NCBI GenBank assembly: GCA_045541795.1
Contig: JAZQJV010000009.1
Coordinates: 7,460-71,459 of the forward strand
Source: Patescibacteria group bacterium
Lineage (GTDB): Bacteria > Patescibacteriota > Microgenomatia > UBA1400 > PJMF01
Length of the DNA stretch: 64,000 nucleotides
Direction of reading: 5' to 3'
This document shows, in pieces, positions 63,048-64,000 of the stretch. Within the stretch, counting starts at the first letter, position 1, and each line of letters opens with the position of its first letter. Below the pieces are notes generated by a model that saw only the letters and a program-made list of their open reading frames with translations, did not search any database and was not told the DNA's origin. The translations under genes were made by a program, and so were the position numbers.

Positions 63048-63989
63048 TCAGCTCATGAATGGCAAGATCACGGCGTCAGTGCCGTCAGTCTCTGGCAGCG
63101 GTGGTACAGGAATGAAAGTGGACTGATCACTGGTGGCGGGAGCAGGAGCCGGCGCGACCTCGGGAGCAGGCGTGGCGACCGCCACTGGCGCAGATGCTTG
63201 AGCGGCTTTTTGCTCATGCAGCCAGCTGGAGAAGGAGTTGATGCCAACCAAAGCGGTCTGGAGGGCACGGCCCAAGCCAGGAAAGTCTAGCGGCTGGCCC
63301 GTAATCAAGCGAGAATTAGGTGCCAAGCGGGAATGAGTAAAGCCGAGTTTGGCCAGGCTGGAAACTGGTGCCGGGGTGGGCTCGGGGATGACTGGTGGCT
63401 CAGGTGTGACAGGAGTGACGCTCATCGGTGGGATGTCGGCTACGCTGGCAGACTGAGCGGGGAGATTTTCCATGGGTGCGGAAGCAGGAGTAGCAGGCTC
63501 ACTCACGGCCTCATATTGCCCGGCCGGCACGCTCATTTCTGGCGCGGCAGCAGGAGTAGGCACATATTGTTCCTGATAAGTCGGCTGAGCATAAGTGAGT
63601 GCGGCTTGCTGGGCGGCGACAGGAGCCGCACTGACAGCTTGCAGCAATTGGTCGGCGTCGCCGCCCAGCAAGCGACGTGCTTGCCAGTTTTCTTGTTTGA
63701 GGCCGGCATTGCTGATGCGCAGTTCTTCATTTTCTGTCTCCAGACGTGAGGCGTAAGCCTGCAGTTCACTTACCTGAGTGGCGATTTTTTCGAGTTTGGC
63801 GTGACTCTCGTCAAGTTCATTGGTGAGTCTGGTAGTCATGGCTTGCAGTTGAGCGTCCACGCGCGCCTGGAGCGCGCCAAAGGAGTCATCAGTGGCCGCC
63901 ATACTGTCCAGCCGATCCGTGAGAGAGGCAAGCTGAGATTTGTTGGATCCTACCTGCGCCGTGAGCTTGGCAAGGGCAGACGTTTGCAC
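63048..63989 (-). CDS. Hypothetical coiled-coil / Pro-Ala-rich protein (may extend beyond the window end)
   Basis: 313-aa ORF. The N-terminal half has heptad-like Q/L/E-rich sequence. The C-terminal half is P/A/T-rich. Confidence 0.45.
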   Translation of the reverse strand: MQTSALAKLTAQVGSNKSQLASLTDRLDSMAATDDSFGALQARVDAQLQAMTTRLTNELDESHAKLEKIATQVSELQAYASRLETENEELRISNAGLKQENWQARRLLGGDADQLLQAVSAAPVAAQQAALTYAQPTYQEQYVPTPAAAPEMSVPAGQYEAVSEPATPASAPMENLPAQSASVADIPPMSVTPVTPEPPVIPEPTPAPVSSLAKLGFTHSRLAPNSRLITGQPLDFPGLGRALQTALVGINSFSSWLHEQKAAQASAPVAVATPAPEVAPAPAPATSDQSTFIPVPPLPETDGTDAVILPFMS

Positions 63990-64000
63990 TTGATCAATGC

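Overview
This 64-kb window is a gene-dense bacterial chromosomal segment of about 50% GC, almost all on the minus strand. Gene content and promoter architecture suggest a reduced-genome Gram-positive-like or Patescibacteria (CPR, Saccharibacteria-like) organism. This is inferred from the many leaderless TGnTATAAT promoters, RNase Y, several VirB2/TrbC-like pilins, and TGA used as a stop codon.

Housekeeping genes supported by sequence motifs: UvrD/PcrA helicase, ProRS, tRNA-Arg, SecA, GalU, GluRS, ComM/YifB, EpmA, BipA/TypA, ribosomal protein S21, RpoD, SecG, RNase Y and UvrA.

There are two cell-envelope glycan clusters:
- One with a DUF4012-like gene, a GT2, a small membrane protein and a WecA/MraY-like phosphotransferase.
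- One with a GT4, a GT2, an O-antigen-ligase-like gene and a low-GC hypothetical gene.

Other envelope and accessory features:
- A LemA-DUF2207 pair.
- Four VirB2/TrbC-like pilin paralogs in two tandem pairs.
- Two paralogous glycine-rich (PF12810-like) secreted proteins with conserved leaders and ends.
- An orphan MazF-like toxin and a ParE/RelE toxin pair.
- A rubrerythrin and a DsbA-like oxidoreductase.
- An AT-rich ORF6N cassette bounded by direct repeats, and a DUF4143 AAA ATPase bounded by tandem-repeat arrays.

The most unusual aspect is the density of repeated non-coding modules:
- A 154-bp iteron-like GTGTGGCA array present twice, 10.3 kb apart.
- An AACAAATGTT tandem-repeat module upstream of three promoters.
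- A TGAAAGAATT x2 promoter motif linking comM, a lamin-tail-domain surface protein and the ORF6N cassette.
- A near-identical TTGACA-N17-TATAAT promoter cassette followed by long leaders at three genes.
- 31-bp tandem-repeat arrays flanking the ATPase gene.

No CRISPR array, rRNA gene or reverse transcriptase was seen.
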